Of a stretch of DNA of 64,000 nt, positions 10,960 through 23,684 are shown piece after piece. Every line of letters starts with the position of its first letter. Position 1 is the stretch's first letter. The notes under the pieces are model-generated. The model saw only the letters and a program-made list of their open reading frames with translations, did no database searches and was not told the DNA's origin. The DNA is from Balanoglossus misakiensis (taxonomy: Eukaryota; Animalia; Hemichordata). The stretch spans positions 2,465,943 to 2,529,942 of the forward strand of contig CM082595.2 in NCBI GenBank assembly GCA_040954595.2, in the 5' to 3' direction. A program made the position numbers and the translations under genes.

Positions 10960-13034
10960 CTGGATAGGGTCACCGCAATGAAAGCTATAGCCTTAAATTT
11001 TCACGATTTTGATTTGGTGATGTATTTGTTTTATGGTTGTTGTTTTGCACACTAAAACATACGCGCTTGCCGCGAGACAATTTGAGATTGAAAGCTTTTG
11101 ATGTACTCAGCAGTGTTACGCCAGCGCTGTTCATATAACTGATGTGACGTGTTTTATGAGTGACACTTGGTCAGGTACCATTATACCAGATGCTTGGTAG
11201 CAATGCTTGTGGTACGCCGCCAACGATGGGTGGATAAGATTGCCTGAGGCCACAACTAACATCAACCATCACTATTTGACGCCTGTGTATTGCTAGTGTA
11301 GGAAGGTTTCATCACTTACCTGTTGAAAGTCTACCTAGGCCTAAGTCGGTCTGTGGGTGTCATCTGAGTAGAATTCATGTATTCTCTGTGTCCTCACACT
11401 GGCTCTACCGGGTCAAGACGCAAGCGCAGTCCAATATGATAGGATACTTTGTCTCGAAACCTGAAAACATTAAAGGATTGCCCATTAGAACTCGGGAAGG
11501 AGGTCTCATGTTAGAGGAAAATTAACTGAAACCCGTATGTAAATACCCAGATTCTGTCTTCAAACACACGCGGTTGGGGCTAGGCATATTTTAGGACTTT
11601 CACCTTCGCCTCAAGACTACAAAATGAAACGTACCTGTCGACTGAAGGATGGCTGGATGCACCAGCCTTCCACAATGTCCAGTTTGGCTGTAAACACTAG
11701 TTCCTCTTCCACTTCAGCCACAAGCACGCCCTCAAGCAGATTGACCCGCTCGATGGCAACAACAGCCGCAGCACTTGCAATATGCAAATTCATTTGATCC
11801 CAGTTCCCCTAATCGTAAAAACGTGTGGTAGCACTTATAACATGCAAATACAGTAAGTAGCAAGTACATGCCGGCCATCATCCAATGACCATCATACGAA
11901 CTCCATGAGATGAGATAATGTACAATTCGACATTTCTCAGTAGATAGAACTATATACATGTACATCGATTAAATAATACCAGAAATTTGAATTCCTTTGT
12001 GAGATAGGAACAATCATTCTAAATTTAACTTCGTTTATTTTTTTGACCAAGCAGATGTCGCATTGAACGGTTGAAAATACCCACAAAAATAACAGTCTAT
12101 GTTAATTGCAAACATCAGAATTGAATTTGAAGGTAATCACACGTCAGTTAATCCGATAAAAAAGCGATTAAGCACTTTCAAATATGGGCCATTGTCACTT
12201 ACCAGCAAAAGTGTAAGTTTCAAAATATCAACAGGTAACAATGGTTATTGAATGTACATATAAAGGCTATATACAAAAACAGAATACTTGACATTTTTGC
12301 ATGCTTTAGGGAAAATGACAAGAAACTGTAGTTGATGCAACAGAGCAAAACAGCCAAACGTTATAGTTAATGTCCCTTTAATTTAACGAGGTGGTCCCTG
12401 GGAAGATTAGGGACACACCAGATTAAAATATAGTTTCGCGGAGAAAGCCTTCGATGCGATGCTTCGCACTTTCAAACACACGCATCAGATTACTTTGGAA
12501 GATTCTGACAGCCATCGCGATCAAATAAGACTTTTGCAGCAATTGTTAAAATTAAACATTTCAGTGCAGGGTGAATTACACCTCATGCCCTCTATATGAT
12601 ATATGCTCGCCCCTTGATCAACCTTGCTATTTATGTTTAAAAGCTTCCTACGTGGAACCAAGTTATTTTTAATTTGACGAACAGTATGAGGTGCTGTAAC
12701 ATTTGTTGACACCGGGATTTGCATATGTATAACATGGTGTGGTGATCTGCTGCGCTAGCGATCAGGTGGTGACATGTGGACTGATATGAATTGTGAATAC
12801 GAGAGAGTTAGCGCGCTGATGGTAGTGCCAAAATTGTGTGATGAGCTGTTTAGTGACCATGGCAGCAGTGCAGGTTAGACCCGCGACTGCAATGGCTCGT
12901 TGAACTGACCCCGACAGTAACTGAACTCAATCCTGTCGGTCGTCAACAGACATCTGTTTGCAAACCCAACGTTTGCTGGGTGCATCGCATACGTGTGAGT
13001 GTATATACATACACCTGTAGCTATAGCTGTCAAC

Positions 13035-16000
13035 ATGGCCGTAATGGTAGACCTACTGAGTCGGCTATCAGCGGCCGTGTTCCGCACAAAAGGCGAGCTG
13101 GAGAGGTTGACATCGAAACCGGAAACCCTCACCTCGAAGAGAACAAGTCTAGGTTTATTTGACATAACGAAACTGGGTGTTGGGAATTTCATTGGGATTG
13201 GCGTGTTCATTATAACAGGCCAGGTAGCGTGTGGTATCTGTGGACCGGCGGCTATAATATCATTAACCATAGCTGCAATTGCTAGTTTCCTATCCGGTAA
13301 GTAAACCCCACAATTAATTTAACTCAGAGTGGTTGCGTTTGCAAAAAAACCCACAAAACCATGGCAACGATAACTGAATATATCAAATCCATACTTTGAT
13401 GAATACCTCCAAATATATGCAACCAAAACCCAACAGAGCGTTTACCGAAACTGTTCTGGAGTATATCAATATGATTCCATCAGTGACACTGCAATGACCG
13501 CCATGTACAGATGAAGCGGTGAATCTCTGGGGCATCATGTGGAATGGTTGTGGTACCAGCTGAGAGCCTGGTATCATCTAGTGTAGTCGCCCTAGTCCGA
13601 TTAATTTAAATCGATCAGGGTGACTGATTGATTAGAAACAGCTCACTCATATCGATGGCCCCGATTCCATCAATCTTATCTGATGCAGCGTTAGTGAAAA
13701 TTTGTCCATCGAGTTAAATTACTCCACCATATTGGTACTTTATTCATTTTTTGCGTGTTATTGTTATGCAAATAAGTCACGTGACTGTGAACGAGTTTGC
13801 TTTTTCAAACTCGACCTATTCTCAGGATGGTGTACATTTTACCAGTGTTTACCCCGAGAGGTGCTATTGTTAATATCTCTAAAACATATGTTGTAGTTTT
13901 TTATTTCTATGTTGTGTCAAGAGTAAACAAGAGTGTGCCTATATTATATATTTTGAATGTGACAGCATCGAGTTTACATAACTCACAACAATGGTGATCA
14001 ATCGTCCATATTTTGTTGTTATTTATAGTATAATACGTTGTGTACATTATCAGAGTGTCATAAACCCTGCACGTTTATAAATGTCCCACACCTGTCGTTT
14101 TTTTGCTGGGTGGGTAGGGCTAGGGGGACTTGGCTGAAATAAATCCTTACATATATCGCCATAAGTTCTACAGGTGTTCACGTTTTTTCTTTGTGATGTT
14201 TCACAAAGAACAAACGTGTGTTAAACGGCCATTACAAAAAGAACTGTCATGTATTGTGTTTCGGATTTTGATGTACGCATTGTTCTCGTTACCCCCCCCC
14301 CTCAATCCAAACCAACAGAACACCGAAAGACCAAACCAAATAAAGCCACAGCTATATTCGCAACTTCCTGCGCCTTGAACCGAACTGAAATGGTATCACA
14401 TACGAAATTAAGAGGATGAGCATAATAACCCGATAGAATCCGGCAATTGAACGGACAAATTAGGCCTAACCGGCTAAAATTAAAATCCGTGCGTCACGTG
14501 GCATCTCTAAGCCGATTAGGCCAATCTGGTACTGAATGTAGAACAGTTACAGACTGCAGAATTTAGTAAACCAATGGCTGAAAAACGTTCACTCAATTCA
14601 ACAACAGATTGGTCGTCGACGTCACACCCCGTTTCCATGACGACACCCATAGTGGTAGTTTCAAAATTCGACCTCGATATCAGGTAATAAAACATTACAA
14701 ACGTCATGATGCCTGGGGCTGGCGTTGTTATGGTAACATAATTCGCTGGAGGCACCGATCGCGTGATGGTGGTTTGTCTCTATCTATTTCTAACTTTAAA
14801 CACAGCTTGTGTCAGTGTTTCTACGTGTGTGCGCATAATACTTATATGAATTCTATTTAGCATAACTTTGATGTCTGTGTTATCATGACAATAAATTTAT
14901 AAAACCATAATATACCTCATAAACGACAGACGGCATAAAATGTCTTTTTTTATTACAGCTCCCCAATATGAAAATATAGGCTTATACCATCGCGCAACCT
15001 GTTCAAGACATGACGACTAGCCTACATACAGTTTCTTTTAAACTATACATATTATGATTCTTATCTTTTATAATGATTCTTTCTCAAGGGATGTGTTACG
15101 CCGAATTCACCGCCAGTGTACCCAGGAAACTATCAACTGTCTACACCTACACGTACATACTCGTCGGAGAAATGGTCGCGTTCCTGGTAGGATGGTGCCT
15201 CGTCCTGGTGTACTCCGCCGCAGTCGCGCTGTGCGCGCGATCGATGAGCGCCACCCTGGACTATCTCCTGGGAAACCCCATCCACCATAGTCTCCTCAGC
15301 TCTGTAGGCGAATTCGGCTACTTCGAAAGCGTTCCGGATTTTCTGGCCGTGGGTTTTGTAGTCATGGCAACGCTGCTTACCGTCGTTGGAGTGAAACAGT
15401 CAGTGCCTTGTATGGACATTTGCACAGTTTTCAATTTGACTATAGTCCTTTTTGTCGTGGCTGTTGGCAGTTTCTACGCAAAACCCGAAAACTGGAAGCA
15501 GGATGGGGGTTTTGCCCCCAACGGCGAGAGAGGGGTGAGTCTGAAGTTTATGTATACATGTAATATAAAATTCACACTACTGAAAAGTCAGCAATATTTT
15601 TTAATGAAACTTGATTGTGATTCTGTGTTTATTTGTTTGTTTAAAAACTTACTTACTTACTTACGCAATTAGTTAGATAGTTAGTTTAATAGTTAGGCCG
15701 AGTTAGTTATTTAGTTAGTAGTACACTGAAACAAGAAAGAATGTATGTATGTATGTATGTATGTATGTATGTATGTATGTATGTATGTATGTATGTATGT
15801 ATGTATGTATGTATGTATGTATGTATGTATGTATGTATGTGTATGTATGTATGTATGTATGTATGTATGTATGTATGTATGTATGTATGTATGTATGTAT
15901 GTATGTATGTATGTATGTATGTATGTATGTACGCACACACATACGCGGCACTGTACTTCCTGGTTCAATGAACTCTCCAACGTTCGAAGAGTGTGAACGC

Positions 16001-18108
16001 ACACGTGGCGATGTGTTCGATATTACGCGTTGCGGACATAGACCCTGATATTTTACGGGGTGCGTTTTTAGTATTACACAGTCCTTGAACAAAACCTGGG
16101 TCTCTGGGTTACAGGACTATCCAGAAACAGTAATCACATTCAGCGTATATAGTCCGTAAAACCAGGTGATGTTGTAACTGGGTCTCCGTGGCGCAATGGA
16201 TAGCGCGTCGGACTTCTAGAGGTTAATCATGATATTCGGAGGCTGTGGGTTCGAGTCCCACCGGAGACGCCAATATTTTTTTTACCTCTCTGTTTATGTG
16301 ACATTTTCGCATTATTCCTGTTCGATTGTTAATTTTTTGCGTTTTTTTTCTTATATCTAGTTGTTATTATGGTTTGTATTGCTTCTTATTTTGGGGTTCA
16401 TGAATCGTATCTTTCTGTTTTATTTCACAGATATTCACTGGTGCGGCTTGCTGTTTCGTCGCGTTCCTTGGTTTTGACATCATCGGCACGGCAGGGAAGA
16501 ACACCCACAAACCGGCCAGGAACATTCCCTACGCAATTGCCATAGTAACAGTTGCGTCTCTTCTAGTTTTCATGGGAATCGCGGTCATGATAACTCTGGT
16601 GGCGCCATACAGTCAAATCGACGCTGATGTACCACTGCCAAGTGCGTTTGGACTTCAGAATGTATATTATGTGGAGATCATCGTTGGAGTTTCATCCCTC
16701 CTCGCTATTCTTGTCAGTCTTCTCAGTGTTACCCTGCCTCTGCTGGGAATTGTTATCGCCATGGCGAAAGACAGAATCATTTTCAAATTCTTGGGTGACA
16801 CATACGGTGACAGGGCCGTGCCAGTCAGTGCGATGCTTGGAGTGGGGGTTCTTGCCGGGACAGCGGCAATGCTATTCAAAATGCGGGACTTGGTCGAGCT
16901 GGTTGCTATTGGAGTTTTGCTCGTTTATAGTTTAGTGTGCGCCTGCGTGATTGCCTTGAGGTATCAGCCTGAGTTTAAACTTGGGAGAGACGATGAAGAA
17001 GTGGTTTTTCTGAGCGATGATGACAAGAAAACTCAGATAAATGAGGATTTCAATCAAGAGAAGAGAAACGGGGCGCTCGTTGAAGTCAATGGCAACAAGG
17101 GACATTCCAAGACTGAACTCGAAACGTCAGAAAATACAGTAAGTGAGCACGACGAAAGTGAGCACGATGCTGCGAACGAGGATAAAAGTAAAGAATCTGA
17201 CGTCACTTCCATGTCATCTGATACCGAGGACGAGCCTGAAACTGACATTGATGCAATAGTTGAAGAGTACAAAGAGAAACTCCGGGTTGCATCTTTGACT
17301 CACATTGAAGGTCCATTCAGCGGTAGACACAAATATGGCCGACCTACAGCGCTGAGCGGGAAAATCGCCAACAGGTCGGCTGCACTTCTATTTGTGTGGT
17401 TGCTCGCCTTTTCGTTCGTCACCACTTTCTTCTTTGAGTTTCTTTTGGCCAAGAATCCGTGGGTCATCTTCAACATTTGTCTCTTCGGCGTTCTCTCCAT
17501 CCTGACGACTGCCATCATCGCTAGGCAACCGGAGAACAGGGTGCAGTTGCTGTATAAAGTGCCCCTGATGCCATGGTTACCAATGGTGGCGCTGTTCATA
17601 AATCTGTATCTTCTTGTATCATTGCCTTACGAAGCGTGGGTAAGATTCGTCGTCTGGATGTTTATAGGTAGGAAAAAGCAATTATTTTCTTCTACCTACG
17701 TTGTTGAATAAAGTTGTAAAAATAAGACAATCAGACAGATGGATAGACATATAGATAACTGAAAGAGAATTTTTCATTGACATTTGCTGCGAAACTTTTT
17801 TTTTCGAAAATCTTCCAGACCCCCCCCCCCTGGATATAAAAAGACCCGTCCCTAAATAACTTCTCACTGTATTTCTAGGTTTCTTAATTTACTTCCTGTA
17901 TGGAATCTGTCACAGCAGAGAGGCAATCAAGTACATGTACAATATACCAGCAGAAGATGAAGAACACATTCTATTGAAGCCGATGCCCAGATATGAAATA
18001 ATGGCCGTCCTTATGCCAACACAGTACAAGCAGACCAAAAACAAAAGGAAAGTCTCTGACGTCATTTATGACGAACTTGATGGGGAAGACAGTGACGTAA
18101 GCCCGTAG
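13035..18108 (+). CDS. Divergent SLC7/CAT-family transporter, copy D (SLC7A14-like)
   Basis: Exons 13035-13296, 15089-15534, 16431-17667 and 17879-18108 are phase-consistent. Motifs LGVGNFIGIGVFIITG, CYAEF, AFLGFDII and VPLMPWLP; RYQP is followed by a long acidic loop ending in RPTALSG, as in SLC7A14. Confidence 0.85.
15741..15930. repeat. (TATG)n microsatellite, ~190 bp
   Basis: Nearly perfect tetranucleotide array with one 2-nt slip, in intron 2 of copy D. Confidence 0.98.
16182..16269 (+). tRNA. tRNA-Arg(TCT) with 15-nt intron (16219-16233)
   Basis: Acceptor stem GTCTCCG/CGGAGAC, A-box TGGCGCAATGG, anticodon loop CT-TCT-A, intron after position 37, T-arm GTGGG-TTCGAGT-CCCAC, and a T-run Pol III terminator immediately downstream. 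Confidence 0.95.
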
Positions 18109-19741
18109 GAATCATGGGAAGGATAACTTTGATTCGACGGTCCTGATATGCTCAACCTTGTACTGCGCCATCATTTGAATGATGAAAAGGGTGTGCGTGC
18201 AAGATGATAGATTTTTTTTATCGTTTTATCATTTGTCGTGTCACTATTATTGTGCTCAGACGAGAGTACATCATAGAAAACCATGCAGGGATTCTGAAAG
18301 ATAACAATGCGCACAGCTTGCCATTGGGATTCTATTTTTTTTTCTGCCGTGAATACATTAGACTTATGGTGATAACTACATTTTGGTATCTGCATTATTT
18401 TTTGAAATATTTCAAGATACGATTTAAGAAGACATTCCGTATACATCCACGTATATTTATTGATTGCGTAGAACTAATGATTTTATGTTAATTTTCACAA
18501 ATGGTCCATTTTCTTCTAAATTTTAGCGCACGTATTGAAATATCTACTGAAAATAACATCATGAAAATAGTGATTGTTTACAAGCCATTAGATAGGTATA
18601 GTTTAGTACATTTGATATACCAACATTTATTATAAGTTTTTAAAAGAGGCGATATTTCTTTTATTTTCAAATTGAATGTATGAGTTATTTAAAGTTTGCT
18701 TATAAGATTATTATTTAAGAAGGTTTTAGTGCACTCTGATGTAAAATGTCATTTTTTCAATTATGGTAATATACTGAGCGTATGATATGCATGATCACAT
18801 CATTAGTGTCTGCAAATTATTAGGTCAAAGTTCAACTTGAATGCGGCCGAGAGACAAAGGGCGCCCCCTCGGGTCTGTCCTTAGAGGGTCAGGCATCCAT
18901 GCAGTTGTTCACTTGTACACCTGTTCATACATTCAATGACGTAAGAGCTGGCCTATCAAAACAAGGATGTACGCCTACATGCCCGCTATCCATCTATCGA
19001 TCCGTGATCAAAATAACCATGATACCATCGCTTGCAGTGCACACCAGACAAATAAAATATCCGTTGCCATGGATGCCAGCATGGCCGCGGGCGTCTCTCA
19101 GACGTACACGGTGTTATGTAATATAAATAATTGCATTATGTTGTATACGTATATGCCGTGGCACGGAAAAGGTCAATACACTGCAGTAAGCTGCGATGCG
19201 ACAGTGCAAACGAGGTTCTATAGGCCTATTCTCATAAATAAAGGCTTACCAGCAAATGCCACATACTCATAAGTTGACGAGTGACGGACGAACTATAGCA
19301 GATATTTTACAGCGCTGTAACACGGCTTCTAACAAGACAGGTAGGAATTGTACTACATGTACACGGATATCCGCAAATCTCTGCCCGTTTATTCACAGTG
19401 ATAATATAGAGGTTTCACTTCCATTGCTTTTATATGCGCCCACGTCTATAACACTGCTTACGCGTATATGGGCGATTTCGTGCGAGTTTCGCTAGCGCCT
19501 GTTCATGAGTGCCTGCATAAATGAAAGAATTTCATCACCACGTAGTAGAACGAGGACGTTCAGTTGCCGTGATGAGCTGTAAAGAGAATAATCTAATTTT
19601 AGACAGTGGTTGTGTATGAGTGATACAGAGAACCGGAAGGAATTCACGAAGGCTCACTATGAACGCTAACTCGAAGACCGTGCAGTGCGCCATGGCCTCC
19701 GCGTTTAAGTAAGAATATTTTACTCTTTCTTTAGGGTTGTC

Positions 19742-19824
19742 GCTAACCCTGCGTACAGGTCTGTGTGCTCGTGTGTGTGTGTTGTGTGTGTGAGAAGACC
19801 ACACAGACCTGTACCCAGGGCTAG
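19742..19824. repeat. Short inverted-repeat element (foldback/MITE-like) around a GT-rich spacer
   Basis: CTAACCCTGCGTACAGGTCTGTGTG ... CACACAGACCTGTACCCAGGGCTAG forms a near-perfect ~25-bp stem. Confidence 0.6.
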
Positions 19825-20834
19825 GTTGTCACAAAATCATGCAGCGTAACTCCCCGGCCGAACCGTGGTTTATGTTGAAACACCCATGGAGCTAGATCAC
19901 CGAAGATCTTGATATCCACTACTGATGCAGGGATTATATATCACAGCGCAATTTAATACAGGCTTTCCTTTAAAAAAACAATAGAAGGCTTGGAAATGTA
20001 TGGCTCATCCAGACATCCAGAGATTGATCATTTCTTTCACGTGTACAACACTGAACGGCGTCTGCATTTTCATTCATCCACAATGTAATTTGTCTGTGAT
20101 ATCCAAATTGTATTGTGGAACGACAATGGGGTTACGTGATGGTAAGGATTACATAATCAGTATGGAATCAGATCCAATCACCCATCCAAGCCTCACAACG
20201 CGTTGTTTACGTTCGTGGGTAGAGGCCGTTCGATGATAACTAAAGTACTAGTGAGAGCATAATGGATAGACTAATGTGATTTTGGGAGTGGCTTTAGTTC
20301 ATTGTACTTGCACCAAGTTTGAATGAAACCAGCCGCGGCCGGGGCATGTCTGAGAAAATGGCCCACGGCCGTACGGACGGACTGATGGACGCATGCGCTC
20401 GAGTCAAATCATTCGTCCACTGACTGTGCGGACTAAAAGTGTTTTGCGACTTGAAACTATCACAAACAGGCTCACAAAATACATTTAAACTTGGTACATA
20501 AGGATAGGCTGTACATACTGGCGTCAGTTTGTGTCGCATTACGATCAGACAGCGGTTTATGTTTACAATCACCCGAACATTATTGCTGAACTCAATTGAA
20601 CACACAGGAATGAGTCATGTTAAATTTACAAATTTTAAGTGTACTTGGCATCCCGAAAATTGCTCAAATTATACGAGTCTTTTAGTTTTAACATATGATC
20701 TACAAAGTATCACGCAAACAGAAGGGCGGGCGCAATTTCTCACGCAACTTGTGATATTTGTTGTATATTCGCAGGAAATCCTGATATCGAGCTGGCAATT
20801 GTCTCATACATGAATTTGAACTGTAGAGGTGACC

Positions 20835-21483
20835 ATGTCCAAAATCTCCTGGAAGCCGTTTTGCTTCTGTGTCTTTGTGTGCAGCAATTTGACCGTGGTA
20901 GTGTTCTTGGTCGCCAAATATACAATCAACGACTTCAAATATGCAGGTGCACGCAACATTCCGTATCGGAATGTTTCATTAACCACGATCCCAGTACGTC
21001 CCACTCACGCGCAGCTGGACCGCAGCGAGAACGGGGAGATGCTGGATCAGTCGCAAATGCTGAAGGACGTTCAAGCTGTTTACAATTTGTCAAATCCAGT
21101 ACTTCAGTCATACATCAAGGAATACGAAAGCATGTTCAATGAGAAACTGGAAAATATGCCCGACAAAGGCAGACTGAAGGGACGGACTAAGGCAAGCGCA
21201 GTGGACGTTTTATGTACCACCAAAAGCAAAGCATACATGCAATTTCTTGGTGCAGATACAAGTCCCTTGAAAGAGCTCGGACTTGGGAAATATTTCCAGA
21301 GCGAACACTTCATCAGTGGAACGCCTTTGTACAGAAAATGTGCTATTGTTGGAAGTTCAATTTCCATGAGGAATTCTGGACTGGGGTCTGAAATAGGTAA
21401 GTGCCTTATCACTCTTAAACTTTTCACGAAAGACTGCTAAATGGTACGTAGAACTTGCCAATAACTTCGAACTTCTCTCTCTC

Positions 21484-21517
<34 letters not shown>

Positions 21518-22680
21518 CCCCTCTCTCCCCTCCCCACTCTATAGATTCACACGATGCCGTCCTCAGATACAACTTGGCTCCGGTGAAAAATTTCGAACAG
21601 GATGTTGGCAATAAAACAACGATACGAATCCTGAACAACCAAATGCTTGAAAACAGTCGATATACAGAGCTCCTCAGAAATTGTGATGATATGTCGTCGG
21701 ACGCCAAGTTTGTGGTTTGGAAAGCGACGGGTGGCACTTACAGTGGTAACCTGTATCAGGTATGTACATGTAATTATCAAGGGGACGAGCGAACGTGCGA
21801 AACGATGGATTGGTATTATCCTCGTTGTAGAGCAGATTCCTGACGTTGATACAGGGCCTCAACTCATGCTCATTATTTTATAGGTATGGTATATGTTGGT
21901 ACTAATGATTAGACTGAAAAGTTCACAATCTCGGCGACCCTCGCGCCCGCACACGGCTAAATCTTTCAAGTCCAACCGGTATAAATGAACCATTGATTGC
22001 CTTTTCTTTCCAGTGGGTGAAGCGATGTAGAGTCTTCTTAATGGGCTACATGAACTGGGCCGTCTCAAACCCCAACAAGCCAATGCATGTGGTCAACCCA
22101 GTAACGCTTATGCGGGGATGGGACGTTATACAGGAATTCTATAACAAGCCTTTGCCATCTCATATTCCTTCATCCGGATTCATCGGTGAGTTTTTCTCAA
22201 AATTTTAAGCAAATGGTAGCACCCTTTCGCATATTTTGTGCCCAAAGCATCCAAGATTGTTCACTCTTAAAATTGAGAATAAAAATGGAGGTCTGCGTTA
22301 GAAAATTTGAACGAGAGAGCAAAATCGTCTCAAATTTTGAATTCAAAATGGCCGCCAATCTTGCACACATTATCAAGTGAAAGTTTGGAGGAGTATCTGA
22401 TGATCACTAACATTCGATTTCTCCACAATGTCCAGGAGTGCTGGTGATGTTACCTTTATGCGAAGAAATCGATGTGTATGGATATGTAAAACCAGATGAG
22501 AAGGTCCACGGCACGTGTCATTACTTCGATGAGAAGTGCGGGCCTGCGCCGAAATCAAATTGGCACCCCCTGGATGGCGAGCGCAACCTATTGTCAAAGA
22601 TGAACAATGGTGGCGAGGACGCTGTTAAGCGAAAAGGACGGGTTACTCTCCCGGGATACTCTGCAATAGTTTGCCCGTAA
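20835..22680 (+). CDS. Beta-galactoside alpha-2,6-sialyltransferase-like (GT29, ST6Gal-like)
   Basis: Exons 20835-21396, 21545-21759, 22014-22185 and 22436-22680. N-terminal TM; sialylmotif [41 protein letters not shown]; motif [18 protein letters not shown]; motif III HYFD; motif VS HPLDGE. Confidence 0.92.
21473..21540. repeat. (CT)n tract serving as polypyrimidine tract of sialyltransferase intron 1
   Basis: CT repeat running up to the acceptor atag at 21541-21544. Confidence 0.85.
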
Positions 22681-23684
22681 AATCATGTCATTCCGACATG
22701 GTGTACTTTCATAAATAAACGATATTATATCTGTTGAACATTTTCATTTTACCGGACAATCGTGTTTGGTCAAAAGGAAAATTTGCTATCTGTTATACCT
22801 GTGTGTGCAATGGTACAGTGCACTTCCTATACTGTACAGTTTCCAATAGGGCTGACTCATTGCTCGCTGCAGTAATGGAATGACGCGTGATGGTTAGCAC
22901 TTAGCTTGAAGGTGCATATATGATAATAGGGTTTGTCGGTGCATGAACTCTAAGAAAATGAGAGAAAAACATTCTCGGACACTTATTTGAAAACACGTGT
23001 AAGACTTAACGTGTTACAAATGATTTTGTGACACTTTGGTGACGTGACTGAGAGAATGCTAATAATCGTAACAGGCATTGCCATTAGAACTCTCGTGTTA
23101 AAATATTTTTTTGACGACAGACAACAGAATTCAAGCGTGTTTGCGTTATTGATGAGTCGTCGCCTATAACAACAATGAAAGTTGACACAGTTTAATATAT
23201 TCAAAAAGTATTTTTCGGAATGTACATGTCATGTATATGGTGGAGATGGCGCCACTGAGGGCGCTGTAAACATCAGAAATAATCCTGGAAATCTGACCCG
23301 GAAGGCATGCATGATTTGACATGACTGCATTGTCTGCTTCAAGGTAACATCGGGTACTTTTAAATAGTACCGGTTCTCTAACACTGCTGTTTCGATCGTC
23401 TGTGTATCGTTTAAATCGTACAGCTCGATTTTTCAGGTGAGTACAAGTATAGGCCTATTATTAGTACGTCCGATCATGACCTGTTGGATGGGCGTGGCTG
23501 GGCGTGGCCTGTACGTCCGGTAGAGTGTTTTTGGGGGAGGGTGGCCACGTCCCCATCCACCCGGCCTTGAAAAACATCCTACCAGGGGACATCAGTGCTG
23601 CAGTATGATGGAATGTGATCTAGTGCAGAATTCAGTTTTATGAGCCAGCAATCTTCTCTCGATTCGCACAGTGAGACAACAAAG

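Noticed and set aside
15707-16092. Six overlapping ORFs of MYVC/YIHT repeats
   Set aside because: Translations of the (TATG)n microsatellite; not genes.
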